64,000 nucleotides of DNA from positions 384,001-448,000 of the forward strand of contig CAWFAK010000008.1 in NCBI GenBank assembly GCA_963813715.1, given 5' to 3'. The notes beneath the pieces are model-generated. The model was not told where the DNA came from. It was given only the letters and a program-made list of their open reading frames with translations, and did not search any database. Origin of the DNA: an uncultured Planctomycetaceae bacterium. GTDB taxonomy: Bacteria > Planctomycetota > Planctomycetia > Planctomycetales > Planctomycetaceae. The position numbers and the translations under genes were made by a program. Positions 11,183 to 21,413 of the stretch are shown here, piece after piece; within the stretch, counting starts at the first letter, position 1, and each line of letters begins with the position of its first letter.

Positions 11183-11275
11183 ATGTCGGACCCTCTCAGA
11201 ATCCTCGCGACGTTCTTGCTGCTCGTGATCGGGGGCTATCTCGTCCGCGCCACCTACCGCCGCTGGAACGATTGA
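11183..11275 (+). CDS. 30-aa single-TM microprotein, probably leaderless (MSDPLRILATFLLLVIGGYLVRATYRRWND)
   Basis: TACAAT -10 box at 11171-11176 only 6 nt before ATG; hydrophobic core followed by a basic tail. Confidence 0.5.
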   Translation: MSDPLRILATFLLLVIGGYLVRATYRRWND

Positions 11276-11330
11276 TTCCAACTTTCTGACCTAAACCCGC
11301 GACTTCTCCCGTGAGTTAGGATCCCCGCGC

Positions 11331-12954
11331 TTGGAGCCTTCCGCGAACAACGAACCGAATAAGGCACCGAGCAACGAACGCACCGTGCTGGCGGTCGACC
11401 TGGGCAGCGGCGGGCCGAAAGTGTCCGTCGTTTCCGAGCGGGGCGAGATTCTCGCGCATGCCCGCGGCTCCGTCTCGACGATTTTCGTCGAGGGGGGCGG
11501 GGCCGAGCAGGATCCGCATGCGTGGTGGCGGGCCGTCGATCAGGCAGTGACGGCCGTCCTCTCGCAAGCCGCGCGTCGATCGCAGCCGGATCGTGGCCGT
11601 CTCCTGCACGGGGCAATGGTCGGTGACCGCGCCGGTCGACGCGGGCGGGCAGCCGCTGATGAACGCCGTCCACTGGATGGACTCGCGCGGCGCACCCGAC
11701 ACGCAAAAACTCACCGACGGCCTGATCAAGATCGACGGCTACGGGCTCGGGCGGTTGCTGCGTTGGATCCGGATCACGGGGGCCGTGCCGACGCACGCCG
11801 GGGCCGATTCGCTGGCGCACATTTTGTTTCTCAAGCGGGCCCGCCCGGACGTCTACGCGCGGACGCACAAGCTGCTCGAGCCGATGGATTACCTCAACCT
11901 GCGGCTGACCGGGCGGTTTTCGGCCTCGTACGCGACGATCTTTCCCTACATGCTCACCGACAACCGCGACGTCAACCACGTGCACTATCACGACGGGCTG
12001 TTGCAGCTCGCCGGAGTCGATCGCGAGAAGCTGCCCGACCTGGTGCCGGTGGACGCGGTGCTGGGGCCGCTCTTACCCGAGATCGCCGCGGCCTGGCAGC
12101 TCTCGCCGACGACGCAGGTGGTGTGCGGCACGACGGACAATCAGACGGCGGCGCTCGGAGCCGGTTCGATCGACGACGCCGTCGGCTACATCTCCGTCGG
12201 CACGACCTCCTGGCTGAGTTGCCACATCCCGTTCAAGAAAGCCAACCTGCTGCGGGCTATCGCCACGATGCCGTCGGCCATTCCGGGGCGGAACATCGTC
12301 GTCGCCGAACAGGGGGCGGCCGGCCGCTGTCTCGAAGCCGTGGTCGAACGGCTGCTCTGCCCCGAACACAACTATTCGCTCGACGCCGAGCGGAGCGCGG
12401 TCTACGCCAAAGTGTTCGAGGAAGCGGCGACCGTGCCGCCCGGCTGCGAGGGTTTGTTGTTTCTGCCGTGGCTCAACGGCTCGGGCCCGCCGGCGGCTGA
12501 CGGCCATGTCCGTGGCGGATTTATCAATCAGACGCTGCGAACGGGGCGTCCCGAGGCGGTGCGGGCCGTGCTGGAGGGGATTGCATTCAACTTGGGCTGG
12601 CTCTTGCCGCACGTGGAAAAATTCGTCGGCCGGCGGTTCGAGTCGCTGCGGCTGGTGGGCGGTGCGGCCGAGTCGGACCTTTGGTGCCAGATCTTCGCCG
12701 ACATCCTGGAGCGGCCCATTCAGCGAATCGCGTCGCCCCGGCTGGCAACGGTTCGCGGGGCGGCGCTGCACGCGCTGATGTCGCTGGGAATCCGTCGGCG
12801 GGACGAGATTTCGGCCCTGGTGCCGATCGCCGGCGTCTTCGAGCCCGACCCGCGCAATCGAAAAACGTACCGGGAGCTTTCGTCGGCGTTTGTGAAATGT
12901 TACAAGCGCACGCGGGGGTTGTTTGGCCTGCTGAACGGCACCTCGCATCAATGA
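11331..12954 (+). CDS. FGGY-family carbohydrate kinase (xylulokinase-like); frameshift near 11575
   Basis: VLAVDLGSGGPKV, EQDPHAWW, HWMDSRG, GTTDNQ, LLFLPWLNG, RAVLEGIAF, VGGAAES. Confidence 0.88.
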
Positions 12955-12955
12955 C

Positions 12956-13088
12956 GGCGAGCGGCGGGTGTCAGCCCGCCGGTTCTACGGCCCGTATCCA
13001 CGTCGCTCTTCATCAGCACGACAGCAAGAGAAAGCAAAAAAAAAGACAAAAGACCGAAGAACCCGGAGGCTGACACCTCCGGCTCGCC
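12956..13088. repeat. REPIN-like inverted pair, family B (GGCGAG-stem-TGTCAG-stem), copy 1
   Basis: Units at 12956-12983 and 13061-13088 in opposite orientation, with a spacer containing an A-rich stretch. Confidence 0.8.
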
Positions 13089-13124
13089 AAGAAAATAAAA
13101 CGCTCACACGATACGAGGATCGCC

Positions 13125-14560
13125 ATGGCAACCGACGTCGCTCCGCAGGTCGATCTGGCCGCTGCGCTCGATCAGATGATGCATCCCTATCGGGGCACGC
13201 TCCCCGAGTTTGTGCGGCTCCCGGCGGCGGGGATCAAGCGCCGGACGTGCTCGGCACGATGCAGGACCTCGAGGAGCGCGAGGCGGGCCGCTGGGAAAGC
13301 GGCCACGCATCGGGCGCGGTGTACAACGGCGATCGCGAGCACATCGACTTCGTCAGCCGCGTGTACACGCTGCACTCGCAGGTCAATCCGCTGCACCCCG
13401 ACCTCTTTCCGAGTGCCGCCAAGTTCGAGGCGGAAATCGTCTCGATGACGGCCCACATGCTCAACGGCGACAAGGCCGGCGCGCCGGTGGGGAGCGAAGA
13501 GGGAGTTTGCGGGTCGGTCACGTCGGGCGGTTCGGAGAGCATTCTGCTCGCGATGAAGACCTATCGCGACTGGGCCCGCGCGACCAAGAACATCACCGAG
13601 CCCGAGCTGGTCGTGCCGGTCTCCGCTCACGCGGCCTTTCACAAAGCGGCCCAATATTTCGGCCTCAAGCTGCGGGTGATTCCGCTCGACGACCAGTTCT
13701 GCGTCGACGTGCCGGCGATGGAAGCGGCGATTAACAAGAACACGATCGCGCTGGTCGGCTCGGCCTGCAATTTTCCGTACGGCACCATCGACTCGATCGA
13801 GCAGCTATCGGCCATCGCGCGGGACCGAGGCGTTGGCCTGCACGTCGACAGCTGCCTGGGCGGATTCTTCCTGCCGTGGGCCGAACGGCTCGGCCAGCCG
13901 GTGCCGCCGTTCGATTTTCGGCTGCCCGGCGTGACTTCGATGTCGTGCGACACGCACAAATACGGCTACGCACCCAAGGGAACGTCGGTCGTTCTCTATC
14001 GCGGGGCGGCCCTGCGACGGTTTCAGTATTTCACGACGTCCGACTGGCCGGGCGGACTCTATTACTCGCCGACGTTTTCGGGCAGCCGGCCGGGCGGCCT
14101 GAGCGCGGCGTGTTGGGCGGCGCTCGTGTCGATCGGCGAACAAGGCTACCTGGACGCGACGCGGCGAATCCTCGACGCCGTGGCCGTGATGAAACAGGGC
14201 GTAACCGAAATTCCCGAGCTGCGGCTGATGGGCCGCACGTTCGGCGTCTTCGCCTTCATGTCGACGAGCGAGAGCTTCAATATCTACCAGCTGCTCGATC
14301 GCATGTCGGAAAAAGGCTGGAGCCTCACCGGCCTGCAACGACCGGCGGGCATCCACGTGAGTCCCACGCTGCGGCACGCACAGCCGGGCGTCGCCGAACG
14401 CTTCGTCGCCGATCTCAAGGATGCGGTGGCGCTCGTCCGCGAGAATCCCGACTTCATGGGCGGCATGGCACCGATCTACGGTCTGGCCGCAACGGTCCCC
14501 GACCGCTCGCTCGTCCACGGCATGCTGCAGCAGGTGATGGACGTTTTTTACCGCGTGTGA
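13125..14560 (+). CDS. Sphingosine-1-phosphate lyase-like PLP-dependent enzyme (group II decarboxylase fold); frameshift near 13240
   Basis: SGAVYNG, NPLHPDLFP, TSGGSESILLA, LHVDSCLGGF, SCDTHKYGYAPKG (PLP lysine), WPGGLYYSPTFSGSRPG. Confidence 0.85.
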
Positions 14561-14612
14561 CTCGCGGTTGCCGGTCGGAAGAGCGTCGCCGGAGGTCTGC
14601 ACGACTCAGGCG

Positions 14613-16030
14613 TCAGCGCGGCCTAGACCTCGGGGATAAACACGCCGCGATCGTAGTCGCCTCTTTGCAGACGGCGCGATGGTTGATTTTGGGATCTTCC
14701 ATGCGCACCTGGATGTAGTAGTGCCCCTTTTTCGGCGGAGTGAAGGTGTGCACCCAGATGCCATATTGCGAGTTCGACGTGGCCGCCTTGCAGAACTCCA
14801 GCGGCGCCCGATTTTGACGCCGGCCATTGCGGCCCATCCCGAGCGGAAGCGGATCTTCATCTTCTCGGAGCGCACTGGCCCGCCCCAGGTGATGCCGACG
14901 ATGCGATAGACGATTTTGCCGCCGAGCTTCCACTGCTCGACACGCACGGGCAGGGCCGTCTGGTCGATCGTGGCCGCCTTATAGTCTTTGGCGAGCACTG
15001 GACCAAACGGATGCTTGAAGAAGCCGGGTTGCGGGCCGCGCGACGTATCCTGGTTCGTGCGGTCGCTAAACTCCAGCATCTGCCAGGTCGCTTTCGCGTG
15101 GTCGTCAACGAATTTGATCTCGTTGACCCACTTCACCTCGCTGCAGCCATACCAGCCCGGAATGACTAAGCGGACGGGCGCGCCGTGGTCTTTGGGCAGC
15201 GGCTGTCCGTTCATCCGCGTCGCCAGGAACGCGCCGAACTGGACGAGCTGTTCGATCGGAAAGATCCAGCTGCATGTGGGCCACGAGTGCTCCTTATAAG
15301 GAGGTCCGTGGTCGGGCAGGTTGGTGTCGTCGTCGAAACCTTGGATCAAAACGGCTTTCGCCTTGTCGGTTGGCTCGGCAATTTTGATCACCCGCTCGAT
15401 CGGGATCCCCGCCCACTCCGCGACGCTCAACAGCCCAAACTTGAGCACGTTGCCGTTTCCGGAGCACTCCAGCAAGACCGGGCCCTTCGGCTCGACATAA
15501 CGCTCCAGCGACTTGAGCGGCAGCTGCTGCGGCTTTTTGACCAGGCCGTGAATCTTGATTTTCCAATCGGCCGGCGGACGGAGCAGATCGGGATATTCAG
15601 TCCGGATAAAGAACTTGTCGGCGGGAGTCAGTCGTCCCTCGGGCGTAAACAGCGAGGCCAGGTCGATACACAACCGGGCGCCGTGTCCGCCGCCCGAGTT
15701 CGTGTAAAGCGGTGTTCGAAAGCTGTCTTCTTCCTGCGAGCGAAAGGGCACATAGCCGAGGAAGATGCCGCCGGCGCACGGATCCGGAAAGTCGGTATCG
15801 AGCAGTTGGCCGGATGACGTCAGGGCTAGAGGTTCGCCCTGGAGCAGGCCCGCCGAGCCGCCGCCGGTAGAATCCAACAGTTGCGTGTAGCGATTCCACG
15901 CATAGGCCCCCGCGCCGATTGCGCCCATGGTCGCCGTGGCGGCGAGCAAGAACCCGCGGCGGGTCAGGCCCGCCCGCGCGGCGAGGGCCAGCTCGATTTC
16001 GGAGGGGGCTAGCGGGACGCCGCGACGCAT
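14613..16030 (-). CDS. Tat-exported molybdopterin-dependent oxidoreductase (sulfite oxidase family); frameshift near 14825
   Basis: TRRGFLL twin-arginine motif, LLECSGN Moco-ligating Cys, MNGQPLPKDHGAPVRLVIPGWYG...VKWV. Confidence 0.85.
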
Positions 16031-16081
16031 TGAGTTCACCACCGGCTCGCCGCAGCGGTCGCCGTCACTACACCCAGTCGT

Positions 16082-17362
16082 CTAGTGGACGGTCAGCCCC
16101 GAGGCTGCGACGGGCAGCAGAAATCCGTCGGCGTCAAAATCCATCTCGCAAGGTCCGTCGAGGATTTCCAGGTCGCTGCGCCGCGAGACCTCCGGCAGAT
16201 AAGCCTCGCTAACCAATACTTCCGAAAGGTGTAAAGTGTTGGAAATTTGCACGACCCGGGCGTTTTCCGGCTCGTCCAGCCCGACGGTCGCCAGGGCCGC
16301 CTCGAGCACGTCCCGATCTGTGTCAAAGGTCACCGGGACAGCGGCGGCGGCCGGGTGCCCGCCAGTGAGGGCGTTGATCGTCGTGATGTTGACGTCCATC
16401 TGCTCGACGGTCCGCCGGTTGGTGAATTCCGCCAGGCCGATGCCGCAGGCGTTGCCGTGCGTCTCCTCGGTGAGACCGCGAATGAAGATTCGCGTGCAGG
16501 AAACGTCGTCCCGCCCTGCGTCCGGGTTGCCGACGAACTTGCGGCCGATGACGTTGGTGTCCATCCCCGAGCCGCTGATGTTCTTGCCGATCTCGTCGAC
16601 GATCAACAGGCCGATCCGCTTGAACGGCAGCCGGGGCATCCACTGCCGGGCCAGCGCCAACAGCTCGCGCTCGCGGTCGTAAAACCTTTCCGGCGGCACG
16701 GCTTCGATCAGGGCCGTTTGGTCGTACGCGTTTTCCACGATCGCGACGCCGCAAAGCACCCTGCACTTTTGCAGCACGACCGCGGCCACGGCCTGAATGA
16801 TTTCGGCAAAGCTGTAATCGATGATGGCCCGGTGGTAGATTTTGGCCCCTTCGTGCTTGCCCAGGCCGATCAACATCATCTTGTGCAAGCCCGACTCGAT
16901 CTCGCCCACGAACCCCGTGTGCGGCTTGATCCGCCCGGCGACGATCACATGGTCGCACTCGAACGCGTGGCGATCGAAATGCACGGGAATCCGCTGCGGC
17001 GTGCGGTCGACGATCACCGTCTCCATCGACGAGCGGATCTCGGCCCCGGTGAACTCTTCGGTCACCCCGTACGACTCGACAATCGCCCGCTGCGCCTCGG
17101 CCGTCCCCCCGCCATGGCTACCCATCGCCGGAATGATCACCGGCTTGGCGCCGAGCGAGCGGACGTGATCGCAAATCGCCTTCGTAATCTCGGCAATATT
17201 CGCAATCCCGCGACTGCCGACGGTAATCGCCACGGTCTGCCCGGGCCGGACTTTCTGGCCCAGGTTGAGCCGGCGGAGCTGGCCGGAAGTCTCCGCCGCA
17301 ACGTCCACGACGCGCTGGACTTCGAATTTCTGGCGAACGCGAACCATCTTGGGAAAAGGCAT
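16082..17362 (-). CDS. Lactate racemase (LarA)-domain / DUF2088-like protein
   Basis: VAITVGSRGIANI, PAMGSHGGGTAE, RIKPHTGF, IGLGKHEGA, GKNISGSGMDTNVIGR. Confidence 0.8.
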   Translation of the reverse strand: MPFPKMVRVRQKFEVQRVVDVAAETSGQLRRLNLGQKVRPGQTVAITVGSRGIANIAEITKAICDHVRSLGAKPVIIPAMGSHGGGTAEAQRAIVESYGVTEEFTGAEIRSSMETVIVDRTPQRIPVHFDRHAFECDHVIVAGRIKPHTGFVGEIESGLHKMMLIGLGKHEGAKIYHRAIIDYSFAEIIQAVAAVVLQKCRVLCGVAIVENAYDQTALIEAVPPERFYDRERELLALARQWMPRLPFKRIGLLIVDEIGKNISGSGMDTNVIGRKFVGNPDAGRDDVSCTRIFIRGLTEETHGNACGIGLAEFTNRRTVEQMDVNITTINALTGGHPAAAAVPVTFDTDRDVLEAALATVGLDEPENARVVQISNTLHLSEVLVSEAYLPEVSRRSDLEILDGPCEMDFDADGFLLPVAASGLTVH

Positions 17363-17594
17363 CGTGAACTCCGACTGAGCCGTGGCCGATTTCGGCCCCT
17401 CTCTAATCAGTCTAAGTCCTCTTCGCAAGGGACGAAAGAGCGTCTGCGACCCACCTGAGAATGATCAGCCGTGCCAGCGGCGCGTGAAGAGCACATCGGC
17501 CGCGCGAGCGGCTCGTCAATAACACTGTGCCGAGAATTCGGAATGGCGAATCCCTGCGGCGCGTCCTGCCAGGTTAAAGTTGCGAGTCGCGCGG

Positions 17595-18554
17595 TTACTT
17601 ACGGTCGACCGACTGGCGGAATTCGCCCCAGTTCGTGAGCGTGATGCCAAGGCGGGCGAGTTGGGCCCGGGTGTCCGGATCGGTGACGAAGCGGCGGTCG
17701 CTGTCGCGGAGTTGGGCCGAATCGGTGATGGCTTCCAGCTCGGGATTATCGACGCCGCAGTGGACGATCAGTTCGTTCACGCCCGGCGGCAGCGTCTCGA
17801 AGGCCTTGAAATAGTTGTGGGTGCGGACGCTGTGTTGGCCCTTGTTGTAGAGCATCACGACCGACGACAGCACGGGGAGATGGTGGGTGTCGAGCATGTC
17901 GAGCAGCTGGCGATCGTGGCCGCGGAGGGCCGGATACTTGGCCTGAAACGCCTGGAGCGATGCCTGGCGGGTGAACATCACGGGCAGGTTGTAGGCGATG
18001 CCCAGGTTGACGTAGAGCTCCAAAAAGTCGGGACGGTCGAGCAGCGTACCCATGTGCGTGTCGAGGTGCGAGAGCCGAATGCCGAAGGCCTTGGCCCGAT
18101 CGATTTGGGCCCGCAGCTCGGTTTCGGCCTCGCTGAGCTTGGCCTTGGCAACGACGGGCGGGTTGTCGCGATGCAAATAGCCCTGCTCGTCGAGCAGGCT
18201 GGGGACTTGGTCGCGCGGCGCCACTGGACCCCAGCGATAGTTTTTCCACTCGCAGGTCAGCGTGAGATGAATGCCGTAGTCGCGCTCCGGGTGCTTCCGC
18301 GCGTAGGCGGCAAACTCCGGAAACCAGGCGCACGGAACCAGAATGCTCGTCGACGTGACGACGCCGTGCTCGAGCCCCTCGATCGTCGCCATGTTCGCCG
18401 AGTGCGACATGCCGGCATCGTCGGCGTGAATGATCAGCGAGCGCGCCGGCTTGCCCGCGGGCGAATCATCGCCACGCGCCGGAGCGTGCGACGCGAGAAT
18501 CAACAGTGCAACTAGTGAGGACAATCCGATCGAGCGGCAAATCATCGGTGACAA
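17595..18554 (-). CDS. Secreted ChbG/YdjC-family carbohydrate deacetylase
   Basis: Signal peptide; LIIHADDAG, GIHLTLT, SHLDTHMG motifs. Confidence 0.88.
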   Translation of the reverse strand: MSPMICRSIGLSSLVALLILASHAPARGDDSPAGKPARSLIIHADDAGMSHSANMATIEGLEHGVVTSTSILVPCAWFPEFAAYARKHPERDYGIHLTLTCEWKNYRWGPVAPRDQVPSLLDEQGYLHRDNPPVVAKAKLSEAETELRAQIDRAKAFGIRLSHLDTHMGTLLDRPDFLELYVNLGIAYNLPVMFTRQASLQAFQAKYPALRGHDRQLLDMLDTHHLPVLSSVVMLYNKGQHSVRTHNYFKAFETLPPGVNELIVHCGVDNPELEAITDSAQLRDSDRRFVTDPDTRAQLARLGITLTNWGEFRQSVDRK

Positions 18555-18603
18555 CTCCAGGCAATCGTGTCCGGCGCGGACTCGGCGAGACCGGCACGTC
18601 CGC

Positions 18604-18858
18604 TCACAGGCGGACCTCCGAGCGTTCTTTGACCGTTTCGAGCATTTTTTTCAGTCGAGGCGAGCGCGTCGCGCCGTTACGCAGCAAGCGAATCAAGAAC
18701 CGGTGCATCTTGATCGTGGGAGACATGCCCCCCGACTCCAACAGCTTCACGGCCTGCCGATCCTCCAGCTCGATCCGAGTGGCCAGCTCGGCCTCGCTCA
18801 TCTTCAGCGTCTTGCGGAGGATTTTGATCTCCTCCGCGGTCATCTTCAGAATGGGCAT
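18604..18858 (-). CDS. XRE-family helix-turn-helix protein
   Basis: MTAEEIKILRKTLKMSEAELATRI...VKLLESG HTH pattern; GGAG RBS. Confidence 0.75.
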   Translation of the reverse strand: MPILKMTAEEIKILRKTLKMSEAELATRIELEDRQAVKLLESGGMSPTIKMHRFLIRLLRNGATRSPRLKKMLETVKERSEVRL

Positions 18859-18966
18859 TCGTGTGCTCCGTTATCGAGTTCCCACTCACTTGCCGTCAAA
18901 GAGCCGCGCACGCAATAAGCAGTGTCTTTTGTTTTGATTCGAGGCGATGCAAGAGCCCTCGCTCAC

Positions 18967-19949
18967 CAACTTTTTTCATCTCGTGACGTAAGTCGTTTTT
19001 TGGCATCGCCGTCGCAAGGCGGTAAAGATGAGCTTGCCTTGCACCCAGCGGTGGACGCGTCGGTGGCCGCGAACCCAAGCGGGCAGTGCCTGCAATCCGG
19101 CGCTCCAAGTGCTCAAGTATCCGAAGTAGCGTTCGATCGCGTTACGTTCTTGATGGAGGGCACGGCCGAACGAGCTTTGCGGATTCGAGAGCAGTTCAAG
19201 AGATCGCAGCCGAGCGGGACTCTGACGCCGATGGCCACGGCGACGGCCAAATCCGTAACGCGGAGGTGCCACCAGTTGCACGCCGCGTTCGAGGCAGACG
19301 TCGTGTAACTGGTTCGAGTCGAAATTTGCATCGGCGAGCAAGTACCCTTGCACAGCCGCTTGCTTCAACATCCGCCGCCCCATCGCCCGCTCATCCTTTT
19401 GCATGGGAGCCACGCGCCAGGCAGCGATCGAGCCATCGCTGCCGACCACCGCGTGTAGCTTGTACCCTTTGGCTTTGCAGCCCGCGGCGCGGCCGTACCC
19501 AGCTTGCCGGTCTTTCGAGCAACCGCCGATCGGCAGAGGCTTGCCATCGATCATCCAATACAGGGGCTTGTTCCCACGAGGAGCCAGTTCAGAACGTTCG
19601 ATCTCTTGCAGCATTTGCTGGACCTCGGCACTCCGCAGTCGTCTCGACATGGTGCTCGACGATGGCAATTTGCGGCGACGCTCATGCAGCGGCCAGTTCC
19701 GAAGATCGCACGCCCAGGACACAGGCCGACCGTGCAGAACGGCCCACAGCCAAACCTGCACAATGTCGTCTGCCCCGTATCGTTCCCGCGTGCACCGACG
19801 AAGCTTGCTCGCCTGTTTGAGAAGGATCAAAATCGCCTTCCAGAGTTGGTGTTCCACATCCGTCTCCTTTCGTGTGGTTACGATTGAGACTATGTGTAGC
19901 ACCAACTTTTTATTGCGCAAGTCTTTATGACTCCTCGCGCAAAAAGCTG
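18967..19949 (-). mobile_element. Insertion sequence copy 1 (983 bp, IS982/IS5-like DDE), inserted in a family A REP
   Basis: Short terminal IRs CAACTTTTT / AAAAAGCTG, flanked by TCAC at 18963-18966 and 19950-19953; near-identical to 41215-42199. Confidence 0.92.
18976..19857 (-). CDS. DDE transposase (DDE_Tnp_1-like), 293 aa
   Basis: IDGKPLP, GYKLH, LLADANFD, RNAIERYF; GTG start with AAAGGAG RBS. Confidence 0.9.
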   Translation of the reverse strand: MEHQLWKAILILLKQASKLRRCTRERYGADDIVQVWLWAVLHGRPVSWACDLRNWPLHERRRKLPSSSTMSRRLRSAEVQQMLQEIERSELAPRGNKPLYWMIDGKPLPIGGCSKDRQAGYGRAAGCKAKGYKLHAVVGSDGSIAAWRVAPMQKDERAMGRRMLKQAAVQGYLLADANFDSNQLHDVCLERGVQLVAPPRYGFGRRRGHRRQSPARLRSLELLSNPQSSFGRALHQERNAIERYFGYLSTWSAGLQALPAWVRGHRRVHRWVQGKLIFTALRRRCQKTTYVTR

Positions 19950-20032
19950 TCACGCTTCGGGTTGGTAAAGACGCCCCTGGCTCACGCTTCGCGTTGGTGT
20001 GTCGTCTTACTAACCCGAAGCGTCAGCGCGGG
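19950..20032. repeat. Family A REP cluster (CCTCGCTSACGCTTCGGGTTRGT): interrupted unit, direct unit 19976-20000, inverted unit 20009-20032
   Basis: Same motif at 32341-32398, 42200-42251 and 46213-46275. Confidence 0.85.
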
Positions 20033-20242
20033 ATCCTCCAGACCTATTCGCGGCCCCTTCACGATTAACGAGGCGATGACAAAAAAGACACCGCTTACGG
20101 CGTGCGCGGCTCCTTCCCACGCGCGGACGTCAGTCCACTTCCGTCCAATATTGTCCCGAATGTCGTCCCGTTTCCGACCCCTGAACCAGTCACAATATCC
20201 GCGGCGCGTCGCGGTAAGTCAAACCAGATTGTCGATTTGCGT

Positions 20243-20284
20243 CCGTGACAAAACCGTGACAATCCGGTGACGGTACGCTGACGC
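20243..20284. promoter_or_regulatory. Four direct repeats with 11-bp period (TGAC cores; TGTCAC-like on the minus strand), candidate OmpR/PhoB-type operator
   Basis: TGAC at 20246, 20257, 20268 and 20279, upstream of the desaturase. Confidence 0.55.
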
Positions 20285-20368
20285 TGTTTTTCTACCCTCC
20301 CGCTAAAGTTTCACACAGAAACCACGCACCTTCGGCCGATAGACGGCAAAAGATTACGGGAGATTTTG

Positions 20369-21337
20369 ATGGCCAGCACTGTGATTGCTCCTCCCAAGCG
20401 TCGTCGTCGCAAGAAGCAGGCGCGGCGACATCACAACTCGCCTTCGGTTGAGCGAACGGTCGCCCCGCAGGAAGTCTACGACTGGTTCAACCCCGCGCAG
20501 TTGAATTGGAAGAACATCGATTGGGTGACACTCGTCTGGATGGTCGGCATTCACGCCGGCTGTTTGGCGGCGCCGTTCTTCTTCACCTGGAAAGCGATCG
20601 GCGTCGCGCTGGTCGCCCATTGGCTCACGGCCAGCGTCGGCGTCTGCCTCGGCTATCACCGCTACCTGTCGCACAAGTCACTGAAGTTGTCTCGGCCGGC
20701 CGAGTTCTTCGTCCTCTTCTGCTCGGTTGCCTCGGGACAGGGCTCGCCGCTGATGTGGGCGGCCACGCATCGCCTACACCATCAGCGCTCGGACCAGGAA
20801 GGCGATCCGCATTCGCCCCTCGAAGGGGGATGGTGGTCGCACATTCTGTGGCTGTTCGTCAATCACACGCCCGAGCAGCGGGCCCAGCTCTATCGGCGGT
20901 ACATTCCCGATCTGGTCGATCGCCCGATCATGCAGTTCTACGAGAAGTTCTACGGCCCGGTCCTGGTCGGCATCGGCGTGGTGCTGTACCTGATCGCAGG
21001 CATCCCGGGAGTGCTGTGGGGCTTGTGCGTGCGGATGGCGTGGGCGTACCACTGCACGTGGTTCGTCAACTCGGCCACGCACCTGTGGGGCTACCGCAAT
21101 TACGAGACGCGCGACGAATCGCGGAACTTGTGGTGGGTGGCCGTGCTCGCCTTCGGCGAAGGCTGGCACAACAACCATCACGCCCACCCGCACGCCGCCC
21201 GCGCCGGACATCGCTGGTGGGAAATCGATCCGACCTGGTGGGTCATCCGCGGCCTCCGCGCCACGGGCATGGCCACGCAAGTCGACGATCGCATCCCGGA
21301 AGCCGGCGCCAAACCGGACGAAGCGCTCGTCGTTTAG
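20369..21337 (+). CDS. Delta-9-type fatty acid desaturase
   Basis: His boxes HRYLSH, HRLHH, HNNHH; VNSATHLWG. Confidence 0.92.
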   Translation: MASTVIAPPKRRRRKKQARRHHNSPSVERTVAPQEVYDWFNPAQLNWKNIDWVTLVWMVGIHAGCLAAPFFFTWKAIGVALVAHWLTASVGVCLGYHRYLSHKSLKLSRPAEFFVLFCSVASGQGSPLMWAATHRLHHQRSDQEGDPHSPLEGGWWSHILWLFVNHTPEQRAQLYRRYIPDLVDRPIMQFYEKFYGPVLVGIGVVLYLIAGIPGVLWGLCVRMAWAYHCTWFVNSATHLWGYRNYETRDESRNLWWVAVLAFGEGWHNNHHAHPHAARAGHRWWEIDPTWWVIRGLRATGMATQVDDRIPEAGAKPDEALVV

Positions 21338-21350
21338 TCGGCGCGACGCT

Positions 21351-21366
21351 GGGTGGCTGGGGTCGG
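21351..21366. repeat. 16-nt intergenic repeat GGGTGGCTGGGGTCGG (second copy at 4048-4063), tentative REP family D
   Basis: Exact duplicate in two intergenic regions. Confidence 0.45.
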
Positions 21367-21413
21367 CGTCTTCGCCACCCTCAGGCGTCGTGGTGCGTCT
21401 ACCACTAAATGTC

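Noticed and set aside
19950..20032. Clustered repeats as a CRISPR array
   Set aside because: Units are degenerate, in mixed orientation, with spacers under 10 nt and no cas genes; they fit REP elements
20304..20342. Sigma28-like promoter TAAAGTTT...GCCGATAG (similar CCGATAA at about 53046-53052, minus strand)
   Set aside because: The spacer is 23 nt instead of about 11, so it cannot be supported
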